Program-made: the position numbers and the translations under genes
Part shown: positions 24,223-35,048 of the stretch, piece by piece
Layout of the letters: each line of letters opens with the position of its first letter
How positions within the stretch are numbered: the first letter of the stretch is position 1
The notes under the pieces: generated by a model
The model's input: the letters and a program-made list of their open reading frames with translations, nothing else
Database searches by the model: none
Told to the model about the DNA's origin: nothing
Origin: Elsinoe ampelina
Lineage: Eukaryota
NCBI GenBank assembly: GCA_010093995.1
Contig: ML992520.1
Span: 124,001-159,048, forward strand
DNA length: 35,048 bases
Direction of reading: 5' to 3'

Positions 24223-25657
24223 TTACAACATCTGGCGTGGGAAGCACCGACTACTGTCTGGCTGGACAGAACAGCATTTTTGGGGGATTTGATCGACCAT
24301 AGGACGCAGTTTTGCTCTAGCGTGCTAGTGAATGCGATATTATGTTTCGCGACCGTACGTCCATGCATCTCTGAATTCCCGTCAATCATCCTCCAGGCTG
24401 ACCAGATAAGCACATAAGCCCGAGGGTTGAGTCACCGCCTCATCCAGACGATACCACCAGTCTGAGATACAAGTTCAGACAAAAAGCATGGGAGCAACTG
24501 AATGATGGCAAACTACCAGTTTCCATTACCAGCGTCCAGGCTGCGATGATTTTGGTTGCGGTGTCCATGCTGGATGGTCGCAGTATTGATGGGCTTGCCC
24601 TTGAGGAAAAGCTTCGGGGCATGTGTGAAGACCTCGCTCTGTTTGACACCGAAAACGATGAAAGCGCAGTTGTGCTTGAAGAGGCTTCAGTTGGTGTGAG
24701 AGTGAGAGACAGTGTAGCTTGGTCTGTCCACAATTACATGACGTGAGTTCCGCCCCTACACTTGTATGACATGTCTGAGCATTGTTTAGCTTCCAAAGGT
24801 CTGCTGCCAAAATGCCTTTACCGTGGTCACCGACACCGCCTTCGCGTCCAATCCTCGAGCCAATTGGTCTCCCAATCGGGGCTAGTAGTGTGGCGGACTG
24901 CTTTCAAGATGCGGCGACAATTGAAGCATTCGGCGTCGAGGCCTTCCAAGCCTACTCAAGCATTCAGTCTGTTCAAGCACGAATCACCCTCGCCAAATTC
25001 GACAAGATCGACCGATTCGACTTCTACACCGCCGGTATACTCTACAACGACCTTATCCAATGCATGGACAATCTTCCGGAACCCATGCGACCTGACTCCC
25101 CTTCACCTCACGCTTTGGCCTTTCACTTGATCTGTCACTCGTGAATACTCGATCTCTTTTATCACTTCGAAGGTGCGATAAACCTGGTACCAGTACACGG
25201 ATTGAAGCTCGGTGGTGGCAAAGGTCTCTCCACGGTGACAGGCATTGTCGCGCTTTCTCGATCACAGATCTTCAGAGGAATTCAGATCTATCGGACCAAC
25301 TTTGGCTTCACGAGAGGGCCGATGCCAATGCTGCAAGTCATGTTCATCTCGTGCATCCATCTGATTCGCGACATCAAAGACGACGGTGTAGTGGAGATGC
25401 TGAGTAATGTGGTCAGAGCAATGAGAGAGATGAGTCAGTCATTCTGGATCGAAAAGCAGGTCCTGAAGAGCGTGGCCAAAATGTTGGTAGTACACAAGGA
25501 CGACCTCCCTGCTGACGTACAGGAGTGTCTCTGGGAGTGGGAAGAGGATAAGAAGCTTGGTGAAGACGAATCTCGTGATGATAAGATGTGGGATGTTGAG
25601 AGACGGTTGGCGGCGATGCAGGAGCTGATGAACAGCATGACTCTGGAGAAAGAATAG
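24223..25657 (+). pseudogene. Degenerate fungal-specific transcription factor (Fungal_trans middle-homology region, NirA-like)
   Basis: WLDRTAFLGDLIDHRTQFCSSVLVNAILCFAT, intron 24355..24410, LRYKF...SITSVQAAMIL...RDSVAWSVHNYM, intron 24743..24789, PHALAFHLICHS*ILDLFYHF...IYRTNFG. In-frame TGA at 25142-25144; in-frame TAG at 24220-24222; no intact Zn2Cys6 cluster upstream. Confidence 0.75.
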
Positions 25658-25768
25658 AGAAAGATTGTGAAGCGCTGGAGGAGAAGCATGGACATTCTTT
25701 TGAATCTCCTGGTAGTATACATATGATCAAACATACAATACGATGGTCCATGCCCAAACGCTCTTCTC

Positions 25769-26812
25769 TCAGGTACTCTCCCTCGAAGCTTCCATTCCGA
25801 CCCTCAATGTCTCTAGATACGCTTTCTTCTTCTCCTCCCACTTCGTGTGCTCTTCATTGGACCGTGACAAGCCCTCCAATTCCAGCGCTGCGTCCTCTTC
25901 GCTCTGATTCGGATCCGTCCAAAAGAGAATTCCAGTATCAAGATTCCAAGAGCTATAAAGTGGTTTCCAGTCCTTGTTACCATGCAAATTACCCGAGTTG
26001 ATGTCGATCTTCTTCGTCCTGCCCCACGCTTCCGTGGTCAGTGGGACCCACGAGAGAACTTTTGGAGGTTTGACGGTCCTGAAGTACTCGAGAGCTTTGT
26101 TGTACTTGCGCAGATGAACATCAAGGTACTCCTGGGCCTCCGCTCGATGTTCTGCGGAAAGATTGAGCATGACGCTCTGCCCGTCTCTAGAAGTGGCGTT
26201 GGCAGGGGGGAGCAGCTCTTCTACATACCGCTCTTCATAGGTGGCAGGCTTCTTGTCACCCTCGTAGATGAGAGAATGAAAGTGCTTCTTCAATAGAGCT
26301 AGACGGGCGTGGAAGGCGTAGCGTTGGTCGAGATCTCTCTCGTGTTCGGTAAGAGGAATGCCGTATTCATTGTAAACACCTTTGAAGATTCTGTGCTCAC
26401 TCAATGGCTTCTCACGATTCTTCCATAATTCCAGAAGTCCATTGACAGTGGTCTGGATACCAGACTCCTCAAAGACTATCCACGTGACATCCTTTCGTGT
26501 CTCCACATTTCCCAGCAACTCATCGTAGAAGGCCAAATCTGGTCCACTGGCATCGCCTGGTAGCAGCACCGGCTGCAGAGCGTTCTGAAGGTACTTTGCT
26601 GCGAAACGCAGATCTCGCAAGGTAGGTACCTGTGTATCCGGCACGGGCTGGTGGACTTGCATTGATGGGCCTGAGGGGAGCAAAGAGAAATAGTCCGTGG
26701 CGTACAGGATCGCTCGATCTGTCAAGACGAGGCCGAGGATGGAGTAGACAGTCCAACGCACGAGCCGGTAACGCCACAGGGCCCGGGCATGCCGGAAGAT
26801 GATCCGATCCAT
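25769..26812 (-). CDS. Hypothetical protein with N-terminal transmembrane segment
   Basis: Uninterrupted 347-aa ORF. Basic N-terminus followed by hydrophobic WTVYSILGLVLT. Confidence 0.7.
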   Translation of the reverse strand: MDRIIFRHARALWRYRLVRWTVYSILGLVLTDRAILYATDYFSLLPSGPSMQVHQPVPDTQVPTLRDLRFAAKYLQNALQPVLLPGDASGPDLAFYDELLGNVETRKDVTWIVFEESGIQTTVNGLLELWKNREKPLSEHRIFKGVYNEYGIPLTEHERDLDQRYAFHARLALLKKHFHSLIYEGDKKPATYEERYVEELLPPANATSRDGQSVMLNLSAEHRAEAQEYLDVHLRKYNKALEYFRTVKPPKVLSWVPLTTEAWGRTKKIDINSGNLHGNKDWKPLYSSWNLDTGILFWTDPNQSEEDAALELEGLSRSNEEHTKWEEKKKAYLETLRVGMEASREST

Positions 26813-27445
26813 ATTAGATGGTACTCTGTGCTTGGACTATACAGGACTTCAGAGAGGCTCGGCGAGAGGAGTGGAGATCTTTCGGTACAAGTGGCGATTG
26901 GGCTTATGGTGGCGGAGCTGAGCAATATGCAGGCGAGTCGCCAAAGTAATCTACCTTGCTAGGACCGGCAGCCGGTCAGGGATAACTCGCTGGTCCAGTC
27001 AATCCAACGCGGGCACCCGGGACGTGTTTGACAGCGTCTGACCATGCGACGGGAGGTGGAGTCCTTGCCGTGTCAGTGACGCAACTCTTTCGTCTCGATG
27101 AGCCGGACGAGCAATCCACGTCGTAGGAGTCAAGTCCGTCTTTCCGAAGAAAACCTGGACGGCTCCAGTGCCGACCGCTTCCAGCAGGTGAGGGGAAGAT
27201 CAGCTCGTGATTGAGCAAGGGAGGATGCGGCTTGACCAGGCGCTCACCGCCAAGCCATGTGTTTTCGGATACAGTACGCCAACACGCAACTTCATCTTCT
27301 CATCAACCGTCATGGACATTACTCGTCTTCATTCAGGCAAGTCCATCGAGCGAGATTGACGACAGTTGGCGCCAGGTGGGGATCCAAGCATCTCATCCGA
27401 CAGCCCTTACTTTATCTCTGGTCACGCTATTGCAAGGCCGAGGAG

Positions 27446-28979
27446 ATGACTCCTAGCCTCGTCTCGGACGGCACATCACCACGCGAAGACGGCAGGACCT
27501 CCATACGACGACACCTTCGCACTGTAACGTCTCGTCTCGGGGAGGAGTCGGGCTTCAGATCCGTTGTTCACTCCCACCGGGATGTAAAGCTACTCTTCCT
27601 TCAGCGGTTCATCCGCATGTTCGCGTACGGGGGCACCACCCTTGTCCTTGCGGCTTATCTAGCGGCTCTGGGCATCTCGGAGAGCCGCATTGGTCTGTTC
27701 ATGACCCTGACTTTGCTCGGAGATATCTTCATCGGTCTAGTGTTGACCTTGCGAGCTGATCGCATCGGACGAAGGCTGATCCTGGCTATTGGCGCCATCC
27801 TCGTGACTTGCAGCGGCCTTGCATTTGCCTTGTCAAACAGTTACTGGGTTCTACTGGCTGCCGCTGTATTCGGAGTCATCTCGCCCAATGGCAATGAGAT
27901 CGGTCCGTTTCGAGCCATCGAAGAGTCAATCATTGCACAGCTCACGGACAACGATTCTCTTGGTAGCATCTATGCTTGGTACGCTTTGACTGGTCAGGCC
28001 GGTCTGGCCATGGGTATGATAGTTTGCGGTTGGGTAGCGAACAGCCTGCGAGAGAACGGCCGGGATTTTATCTTTGCAAGTCGCATCTTGTTTCTCATAT
28101 ACGCTACTGCAGGCGCTATCAAGCTCTTGATCAATCTCTTTTTGACCACGGCTGTCGAGGCAGAGGCCAAGCAGCCGGCAGTCCATGAATCACAAGAGAC
28201 TCAGCCACTGCTGAGAGAAGTTCAAGACGATGAAGCACAAACAACTACGGTGGATCGGGTGAAGCCCATGCCCAGTAGTGGTCATGGTGAGCTACGATGG
28301 CTGGTAATATGCTTGACCCTGTTCTTCACGTTGGACAACTTCGGTTCCGGCGTTATGAACTTGTAGGCCAAACTCTCGGGCATGTAGTGAAGTTTTGGCT
28401 GACAATTTTCAGAACATGGATGACCTACTTCTTTCGCCAAAAGTATGGTCTCCAAGATGGAGCCCTGGGCTCCGTTTTCTTCACAACGGGTATCATTGCA
28501 GCTCTTTCGAGTTTGGTTGCTGCATCCATAGCCAGAAGATTCGGCAATGTAAAGGTACATGGCCTTAGTTGTCTATTTGTCCCAATGCTGACAGCATGCA
28601 GACAATGGTCTTCACTCACTTACCGTCGTCGACATTCTTAGCGTGTATACCTTTCTCGCCAAACCTCACTGTGGCTTTGTTCTTCGTCATAGCAAGGTCG
28701 TGCACTCAGATGATGGATGTAGGTCCTCGCACTGCCTTTCTTGCAACGGTCCTGCCAACCGATAAGAGGACTGCTATTATGGGCTTTTTGAACACTGTCA
28801 AGATTTGCAGCACCACTGTCGGACCCCTGCTTACTGGTGGACTGGCTGAGGCGAACCTGTTCTGGGTTGCTTTTGTTGTCGCTGGCTCGTGCAAGGTCGT
28901 CTATGATCTCGGGATTCTTTTCACATTCGTTGGCTACGAGAAGAGACACGAGACTCGACGCAGTCAGTCAGCCGAGTGA
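27446..28979 (+). CDS. Major facilitator superfamily transporter, 3 exons
   Basis: Motifs LLFLQRFIRMFAYG, motif A ADRIGRRLIL, GVISPNGNEIGPFRAIEES, TMVFTHLPSS and MDVGPRTAFLA. Introns near 28363-28412 and 28555-28601. Confidence 0.92.
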
Positions 28980-29797
28980 GATTTCATCTCCATGAGTATC
29001 GTCAGGCCTTGTAGCGATTGCCTCAAGCTCATGTGGAATTTTACGTAGCTGAATCACGCGGCCGATTGGTGTCCTTGCCACCGCCGTATCATCGTTATCC
29101 GACAGACAAAGGGCGGTTCAGATGATATCGCCTCCGTAGCTGGCGATTAACCCTGTGCGCGTAGAAGCTTCACTTCCGAATGATTTCTTCCGACATATAC
29201 CACCTAATGATTGTTTTCTGAACTTGCGAGGGTTGGAAGTGTGCCACTTGCCTCCATTTTCATGGTATTCATCGCAAGTAATGATATGCCTCAGCTCATG
29301 GGGTTTCCCCATGTCGAAGATACAGCAGAAACTCCTTCGAATAGCCATCACTGTATGACCACACGATGATGATGGTATCAACAACGATGCCGACAAGAAG
29401 CAAAAACCTCGCTTGATCGACTCGGCCAAGAGATTCCCCCATGCACGTTGCTCCGCCGACGAGGTACGATTGGCTAGATAACCAAATGACCCCTCGCCGA
29501 GCATGCGGCAACCAGCGGAAAGAGGACGCTTTCAGTAAGTGGCTGTCCAACCTCTCCCAAAAAATTCAAGCTTGATCACTCACTTTCCCCGCCATGATTG
29601 CAATCAAGACTCTGCAAGGCGACACGTGCGGACCACGATGGGCAAATTCAATGATCTACAAGGTCGTCCATGAGCTTGTCTCCGCAGAGCATGGCTGGGT
29701 CGGTAAGATTGCTGCAAGATCAAAAGGTAGGTCCAGCCCCAGTGCTTTCTCTCTCACCACCCTCCGCTGTCCCTCATTACTCTCCGCTCGCGCCGTC

Positions 29798-31138
29798 ATG
29801 TCTGGTCTCCTCGTTGTCGCTCTGCTGGCGAGCGTGGCAGCTGCCGCTCCAGCTCCTCACGGGCCAAAGGGCTACACTCCTCCAGTCAAGCCCAATGGCA
29901 GGAATTACCAGGTCTCGTATGGACCTCGGCCTTTCTACATTGTCAACAACATGACCGACTCGCCCCTCAAGCGAAAGCTCGAGTCCTGCGCCAATGGTCC
30001 CTTCTCCATTTCGGAGTGGTCGATCGGTCACCGTGGTGGTGGTACGCTGCAATTTCCTGAAGAGACGGAAGAAAACACTTTGGCAGGTGCTCGTATGGGT
30101 TCGGGAGTGCTCGAATGTGATGTCGCCTTCACCTCCGACCTGGAGCTTGTGTGCCGTCACTCGCAATGTGACTTGCACACTACTACAGATATCCTGCTCA
30201 GGCCTGAGCTGGCGGCAAAGTGCACACAGCCATTCACTCCTGCCAACGGAACCAGTCCCGCCTCGGCATTGTGCTGTACGTCAGATATCACGCTTGCCGA
30301 GTACGGTACACTCTGCGGCAAGGTCGATGGCAGCAACTCCTCTGCTCGGACCCCTCAAGCTTACCAGAGAGGGGGACCCACGTGGCGCACCGATCTGTAC
30401 AACACGTGTGGCAAAGTGCTCAGTCTCAACGAGCACATTGACCTTGTGAACAGCATCCCCGGCTTCAGGAACTACACCCCCGAGCTCAAGACACCTCCAG
30501 CCCAGGTGCCCATGCCCTTTAACGGCAACTACACCCAGCAGCAGTATGCGCGCGACATGATCGAGGCATTCATCAGCAAAGGCATCGACTACCACCGCGT
30601 GTGGCCACAGTCTTTCCTACCAGACGACGTCTTCCAGTGGATCGAAGAGTACCCAGACACCTTCGGGCGCCAGGCAGTGTACCTCGACGATCAAGGTGAC
30701 GACCCAGCCAACCTGCCCACAGCCGCCGCACGACTTCCCGCACTCCGCGCACGTGGTCTCAACTACCTCGCTCCACCCATCCCGTACCTCCTCACCATTG
30801 GCAACAGCACAAAGAACTCTGGTCTCGTACCCAGCGACTACGCCCGCGCGGCCAAGGCTGCGGATCTGGACATCATCAGCTGGACGTTCGAGCGCAGTGG
30901 GCCTCTGCAGAACGTCAATGCCAGCGCGGACTTTTACTTCCAGACATTCAGCGAGGCAATCAGCTTTGATGGGCAGAACTACGAGGTGTTGGACGTGTTG
31001 TACAAGGATGTCGGAATCATTGGGCTGTTCACCGATTGGAGTGAGACGGTGGGGTACTTTGCCAACTGTCTGAAGATTCCTGGACCGTCTGTGGCGGCGC
31101 AGAGGAGGGAGAGGTTGGGGCTGTATGATAGAAAGTAG
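29798..31138 (+). CDS. Secreted glycerophosphodiester phosphodiesterase (GDPD/GlpQ-like)
   Basis: Signal peptide MSGLLVVALLASVAAA. Motifs IGHRGG, LECDV, LVCRH, PELK, QSF, WT.ERSG and GLFTDW. Intronless. Confidence 0.92.
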   Translation: MSGLLVVALLASVAAAAPAPHGPKGYTPPVKPNGRNYQVSYGPRPFYIVNNMTDSPLKRKLESCANGPFSISEWSIGHRGGGTLQFPEETEENTLAGARMGSGVLECDVAFTSDLELVCRHSQCDLHTTTDILLRPELAAKCTQPFTPANGTSPASALCCTSDITLAEYGTLCGKVDGSNSSARTPQAYQRGGPTWRTDLYNTCGKVLSLNEHIDLVNSIPGFRNYTPELKTPPAQVPMPFNGNYTQQQYARDMIEAFISKGIDYHRVWPQSFLPDDVFQWIEEYPDTFGRQAVYLDDQGDDPANLPTAAARLPALRARGLNYLAPPIPYLLTIGNSTKNSGLVPSDYARAAKAADLDIISWTFERSGPLQNVNASADFYFQTFSEAISFDGQNYEVLDVLYKDVGIIGLFTDWSETVGYFANCLKIPGPSVAAQRRERLGLYDRK

Positions 31139-32197
31139 AGGTCAGGTGACAGGCCAACCTGTGAGCGAGAGCTGACGGCGCGTTATGCAGAGAACGATAT
31201 TTAATGTGTATACAAGATTCACGAGCATGTGCTTGACCGTGCGAAGATAGGCATAAGCTTGTTGGTGTGTTTGATCAAGTGGTGCAATCGTCCAGTGTGC
31301 TTCTCTGGTAGTTCCACAGACTGCTCATTACCGAGGTAATGACTGGCCGTCAGAAGTGCTCAACTGTCCTGCAGTGCAACGGTTGTCCTGCATACCAAGT
31401 CGTCGATCCATCACGCGTCTCCGACAGCCAGACAGCAAAGACAGCACCACTTTTGGGCCAAGACTTGACGAGCGCTCCCCGATTCAGCAGGAGAGGTATG
31501 TATAATCGTCCGGCGTTTCAGGCGGTGATCCCCAGACGATCCCTCCGAGCAAAGGGGGCCTTGGCCTCGCCCCGTCCAGTTGCGCGTCCCCTTGGGCGGA
31601 GACTCGGCGTGTCCCTGCTGCGCCATGGCCGGCCTTGCCCCGTAAAGGAAATTCACAAGCAATGACGGAGGTGCCAGCTCACCATGGATCTTCGGTTCCG
31701 CCAGAGCGATGCGAGACGGGGATGATGTGCTTGGGCAGAAGGCTAATCCAGGTCCACGTTTGTTGACTTTGACTCTCGTTTTCAGCTGGACAGAACAGTG
31801 GCTTTGGATCCTCGTCATCAGATCCGATGCTCGTGTAGAGGACCAGGCTGTGATTTGGGTCCGGTTGGTCGCGGGAGGGAGAGTGACGAACCAAACTTGC
31901 CGCGTTGCATTACAGGGAAATTTCCAGGATTGCGTTGCTCGTCGATGCACAACCAGGAGAGCAGCAGGAGGCTCTCGCAGTGCTGATCTGACATGATCGA
32001 CATGGCGTTGCAGTAGGCAATTCCATGCTTTTGTGCTTGTGAATCCAGGAGAGATCCAAGCTTGCAGCAATACTGTATAAGATTAGCTGCCGCCTCATTT
32101 CTTTACATCTTCTCTCACCTTTACACTCACCACCACCACACACATCTCCAACTCCAACTCACACGACTTCACAATCACAGCCACTCAACCACCCATC

Positions 32198-32734
32198 ATG
32201 CGTCCCACACTCCTCCTCACCTTCCTCCCCCTCCTCGTCGCGGCCCAAGAACCCTCCATCACCGCCCCAACCGGCACCGGCCTCGGGGACGAACCAGACC
32301 AAACCTGGAGCATCTTCCCGACCGACGACATCAACTCTCTCATCTCAGCAGGCGGGGCCGGCGCCTCGTCCATCTTCTCCGAAGCCCAAGGCGGCATCAG
32401 CAGCGTCCTCGCCAGCCTGTCGTCCGTGGCAGCCACCGCGACAGGAGACGTCCAGTCCCGTCTGCTCAGCGACTACTCCAGCTTGGCCTCCGAGGCGAGC
32501 TCTTTCGGCTCTTCGGTCGGCAGCGGCATCACTTCTGCGACCGGCAACATCCCCAGCATCACGAGCAGCGTTGGTTCGGCCATCAGTAGTGTTGTCAGCA
32601 GTGCTAGCTCCAGGCTCAGCAGTGCTACTGGGGCGGCAGCGAGCAGTGCCAGCACTGGTGCGGCGCAGAACGTGGCTGTCCCGGCCGCCGGAGGTTTGAT
32701 GGGTCTGGTGTTGGCCGCTGTGGCTGCTTTGTAG
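32198..32734 (+). CDS. Ser/Thr/Ala-rich, probably GPI-anchored cell-surface protein
   Basis: Signal peptide MRPTLLLTFLPLLVAAQ and a Ser-rich body. Small-residue site STGAA, then hydrophobic tail GLMGLVLAAVAAL. Confidence 0.85.
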   Translation: MRPTLLLTFLPLLVAAQEPSITAPTGTGLGDEPDQTWSIFPTDDINSLISAGGAGASSIFSEAQGGISSVLASLSSVAATATGDVQSRLLSDYSSLASEASSFGSSVGSGITSATGNIPSITSSVGSAISSVVSSASSRLSSATGAAASSASTGAAQNVAVPAAGGLMGLVLAAVAAL

Positions 32735-32937
32735 AGGAGCATGAGCCTGGAGGAAGACAATGGATTGAGATGGTCCAAAGCACGATGCTTGTTGTACATA
32801 CACTAGGGTCGGATAGGGAGGTCAAAGTTCAGTAGATGCTCTGTTGCTGCGAGCTTTACAATCGCAATCAAAAACGTCAAATTAATAACTTGTTATGTGA
32901 ACTGAAGAACGACTTGGTGATTACAATGATAAACTAT

Positions 32938-34432
32938 CTAATAGTCGAACCTATCTGGCAATAAAATGGGTGCCAGCAATGTCCACGAGAACATGCCGTA
33001 GCAGACCCAGCTCGACACAATCTTGGTCCATGAGTTAAAGTATGTCCTTCCAACAGGTGAGAACTGCTCCTTCTTGCTCTCGTCGATCTCTTGCGCCAAC
33101 AGCGTGGCTACCCACATGGTACTGAGCAAGAAAATGATGTGGAACAACGTGTAGTTGTACTGCACAGCATTCTTCTCATCATCCCTTGGATTCTTGCCGC
33201 TGCTCTCGTCATCTTCATCATCGCTCTCGTCCAGGGCAGAGGCAGGGAGTGAGCCAGCCGCAACAGCTTGTCGAAGCGCGGCGGCACGCATTTCCCTCCG
33301 ACTATCTGGCTGGCGATCGACCAGGCCGTGCTCGCCATCATCCTCGCCAACCTGATGGTATCCGCCAGGCTTGCCAGTACCCAGTGCGAGTCCGTATGTG
33401 GCTGCACGGGTTGTCGTGTATGCTACAGTCGCGAATGTGACGATGGCCCCCAAGATGATTGTGGTCTTCCTCGCTCCTGCCGCTCTGATCAGAGGGTTAC
33501 ATGTCGCAGATGCCGGTTCCATAGCCACGGCGGAGAAGGTGAGGTAGGTGCAGTAGACGCAGACCATGGCCGCCTGGGCGAGACCTGCTCGGGGATTCGA
33601 TTCTTGAATGTTGGGGTGGACAGAGATGACCGAGACGAGAAGAAGGAGGATGAGGTTAACCTAAAGTCGGGTTAGCGCCTTGATTGAAAACATTCTCCAG
33701 CGCTCTGCTCACAGTTATGGCTGCCTGGTTCATGGTGCAGTCTGCTTTGGCAAAGAAGATGTACATGACAATAGTCATGGCGATGGCGCCCAGATACATG
33801 GTGAGGGTTGATCCTATCAACAAGAACTTCCAGACATTGGACTCTTCCGATTCGACCTTGTCCAAGCATGTTTCAGCCCAGGTATGCGCCAGGTCAACCA
33901 GTAGGATGAGACCGAGCAGCAAGAACAGAGCAGCGCCGATCAGAGCGATGTAGGTGCCCCAGAAAACGAAGAAGCTGTCCGGGATGAGGAAAGTGAGGAC
34001 AATGAAAGCGATCCAGGCAACCAGTTTCGGTCCCCAGAAACCATTTTGAAGAGCCGACCTGTTGTCCTTTGTGTTCTTAACACCAATCAGGAGGACTGCC
34101 AGAAGGAAGTGAAAGAAGGTGAGGGCAAAGTTGATGCGGTGAACGGCGACGAAACCAGAGCAGGCTCGTCCTGCGCAAGTGATTGTGGTATAGTCCAATA
34201 GAACGTGTTCCAACTTCTTCACGGCCCAGTCCGTCACCATGACCCATGACAAAATCGAGTTGAAGAGCAGTATGACAGCGTAGGCGATCCTAGTAGCCAT
34301 GCTGTTGTTGCATTTCCCACAAGCGCTGCAGACTGCGCTGCACGTCGCGGCACCACAGCAGCTGGCAGCAAAGGTCCCGATCGTGGTCAAGCTCGGAAGC
34401 GCCAGAAGCGGGAGACTGAGTGCTGCACCCAT
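32938..34432 (-). CDS. TMS1: Serine incorporator (SERINC/TMS1) membrane protein, 2 exons
   Basis: Motifs MGAALS (myristoylation-type start), SCCGAATC, ATRIAYA, AVHRINF, QNGFWGPK, LLVDLAHTWAE, YNYTLFH and WTLLAP..LPDRF. Intron 33661..33712. Confidence 0.95.
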
Positions 34433-34659
34433 GTTGGTGAATCGATGCTCCGGTGGTCGTGGTCAGACGTGGCGGGTGTTGAGGGTAATGCGGAAGTCAA
34501 CATAGGTGGTTGTAGAGAGGAGAAATGGTTCGATGGCGCATGACGATGTTGCCAAGACCAGCCAGGCAGTTCAGAAAATCGCAAACACGTGATCTCGGCA
34601 GTCTGTTGACTTGTGTGGGGGAGGAAAAAGGATTAATTACTGCCTGAACCACCAAAATG

Positions 34660-35048
34660 AGGTAGATTATAACTATATAAATACTTAACCTGGTGTACTA
34701 AAAGATAGCTAAATCAAAAGAACTCCTTAATAGTAGCAGATTAAGACAATAATTATCTAATTTAATTATAGATTAGTAAAATAGTAAGATAGTATTTAGT
34801 TTAACCTTAGGATAAACTAAATTAGAATCTTCTTAGCGCTCTAGCTTATATCTTGGTTAATATACCCCTTTACTAAGTAGCTATAACTCTATAATAGCTA
34901 GTTAGTAGACTACTAACTTAAGGGATAGCTATTATAAGAAGGTCTTATACCTTCTAGGTAGTAATAATTTAGTAAATCTATTAGCTAGTATATCTACTAA
35001 TAGTGTCTATATAACTAAGATAAGACTAGATAGATCTCTAGCTTAATT
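34660..35048. mobile_element. AT-rich RIP-mutated repeat/transposon relic, running off the window end
   Basis: Abrupt drop in GC with very dense TpA, TAG and CTA. Only a handful of CpA/TpG remain and there are no ORFs. The element family cannot be identified. Confidence 0.75.

Noticed and set aside
23278..25144. Genome-wide UGA reassignment or selenocysteine as the cause of the two in-frame TGAs
   Set aside because: TGA is the normal stop of PRP43, DUF202, DUF866, the MFS and the first F-box gene. Ascomycetes lack Sec machinery, one site aligns to Leu, and no SECIS was seen.
27257..27445. N-terminal extension of the MFS ORF (likewise 29594..29797 for GDPD)
   Set aside because: Downstream ATGs give family-typical N-termini; the GDPD signal peptide starts at 29798.

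Overview
Eukaryotic DNA from a filamentous ascomycete (Pezizomycotina, probably Dothideomycete-like). The evidence is short GT-AG introns with CTRAC/CTRAY branch points and a RIP-like AT-rich block at the right end. The window is gene-dense. Conserved genes: CHO2, PRP43, PRMT5/HSL7, a 6-exon DUF866/UPF0587 gene missed by the ORF track, a PPR-like protein, MAPEG, NMD3, DUF202, an MFS transporter, a secreted GDPD, a GPI-anchored wall protein and TMS1/SERINC. Two accessory patches stand out. At 0.1-3.3 kb lies a tandem pair of diverged unknown paralogs plus a 72-bp tandem duplication. At 21.8-26.8 kb lie a tail-to-tail pair of F-box + XPA-like Zn-finger paralogs (one split by an in-frame TGA), a fungal-specific transcription-factor relic also split by an in-frame TGA, and an unknown membrane-anchored protein. 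All family calls come from motif recognition by eye; no searches were run.
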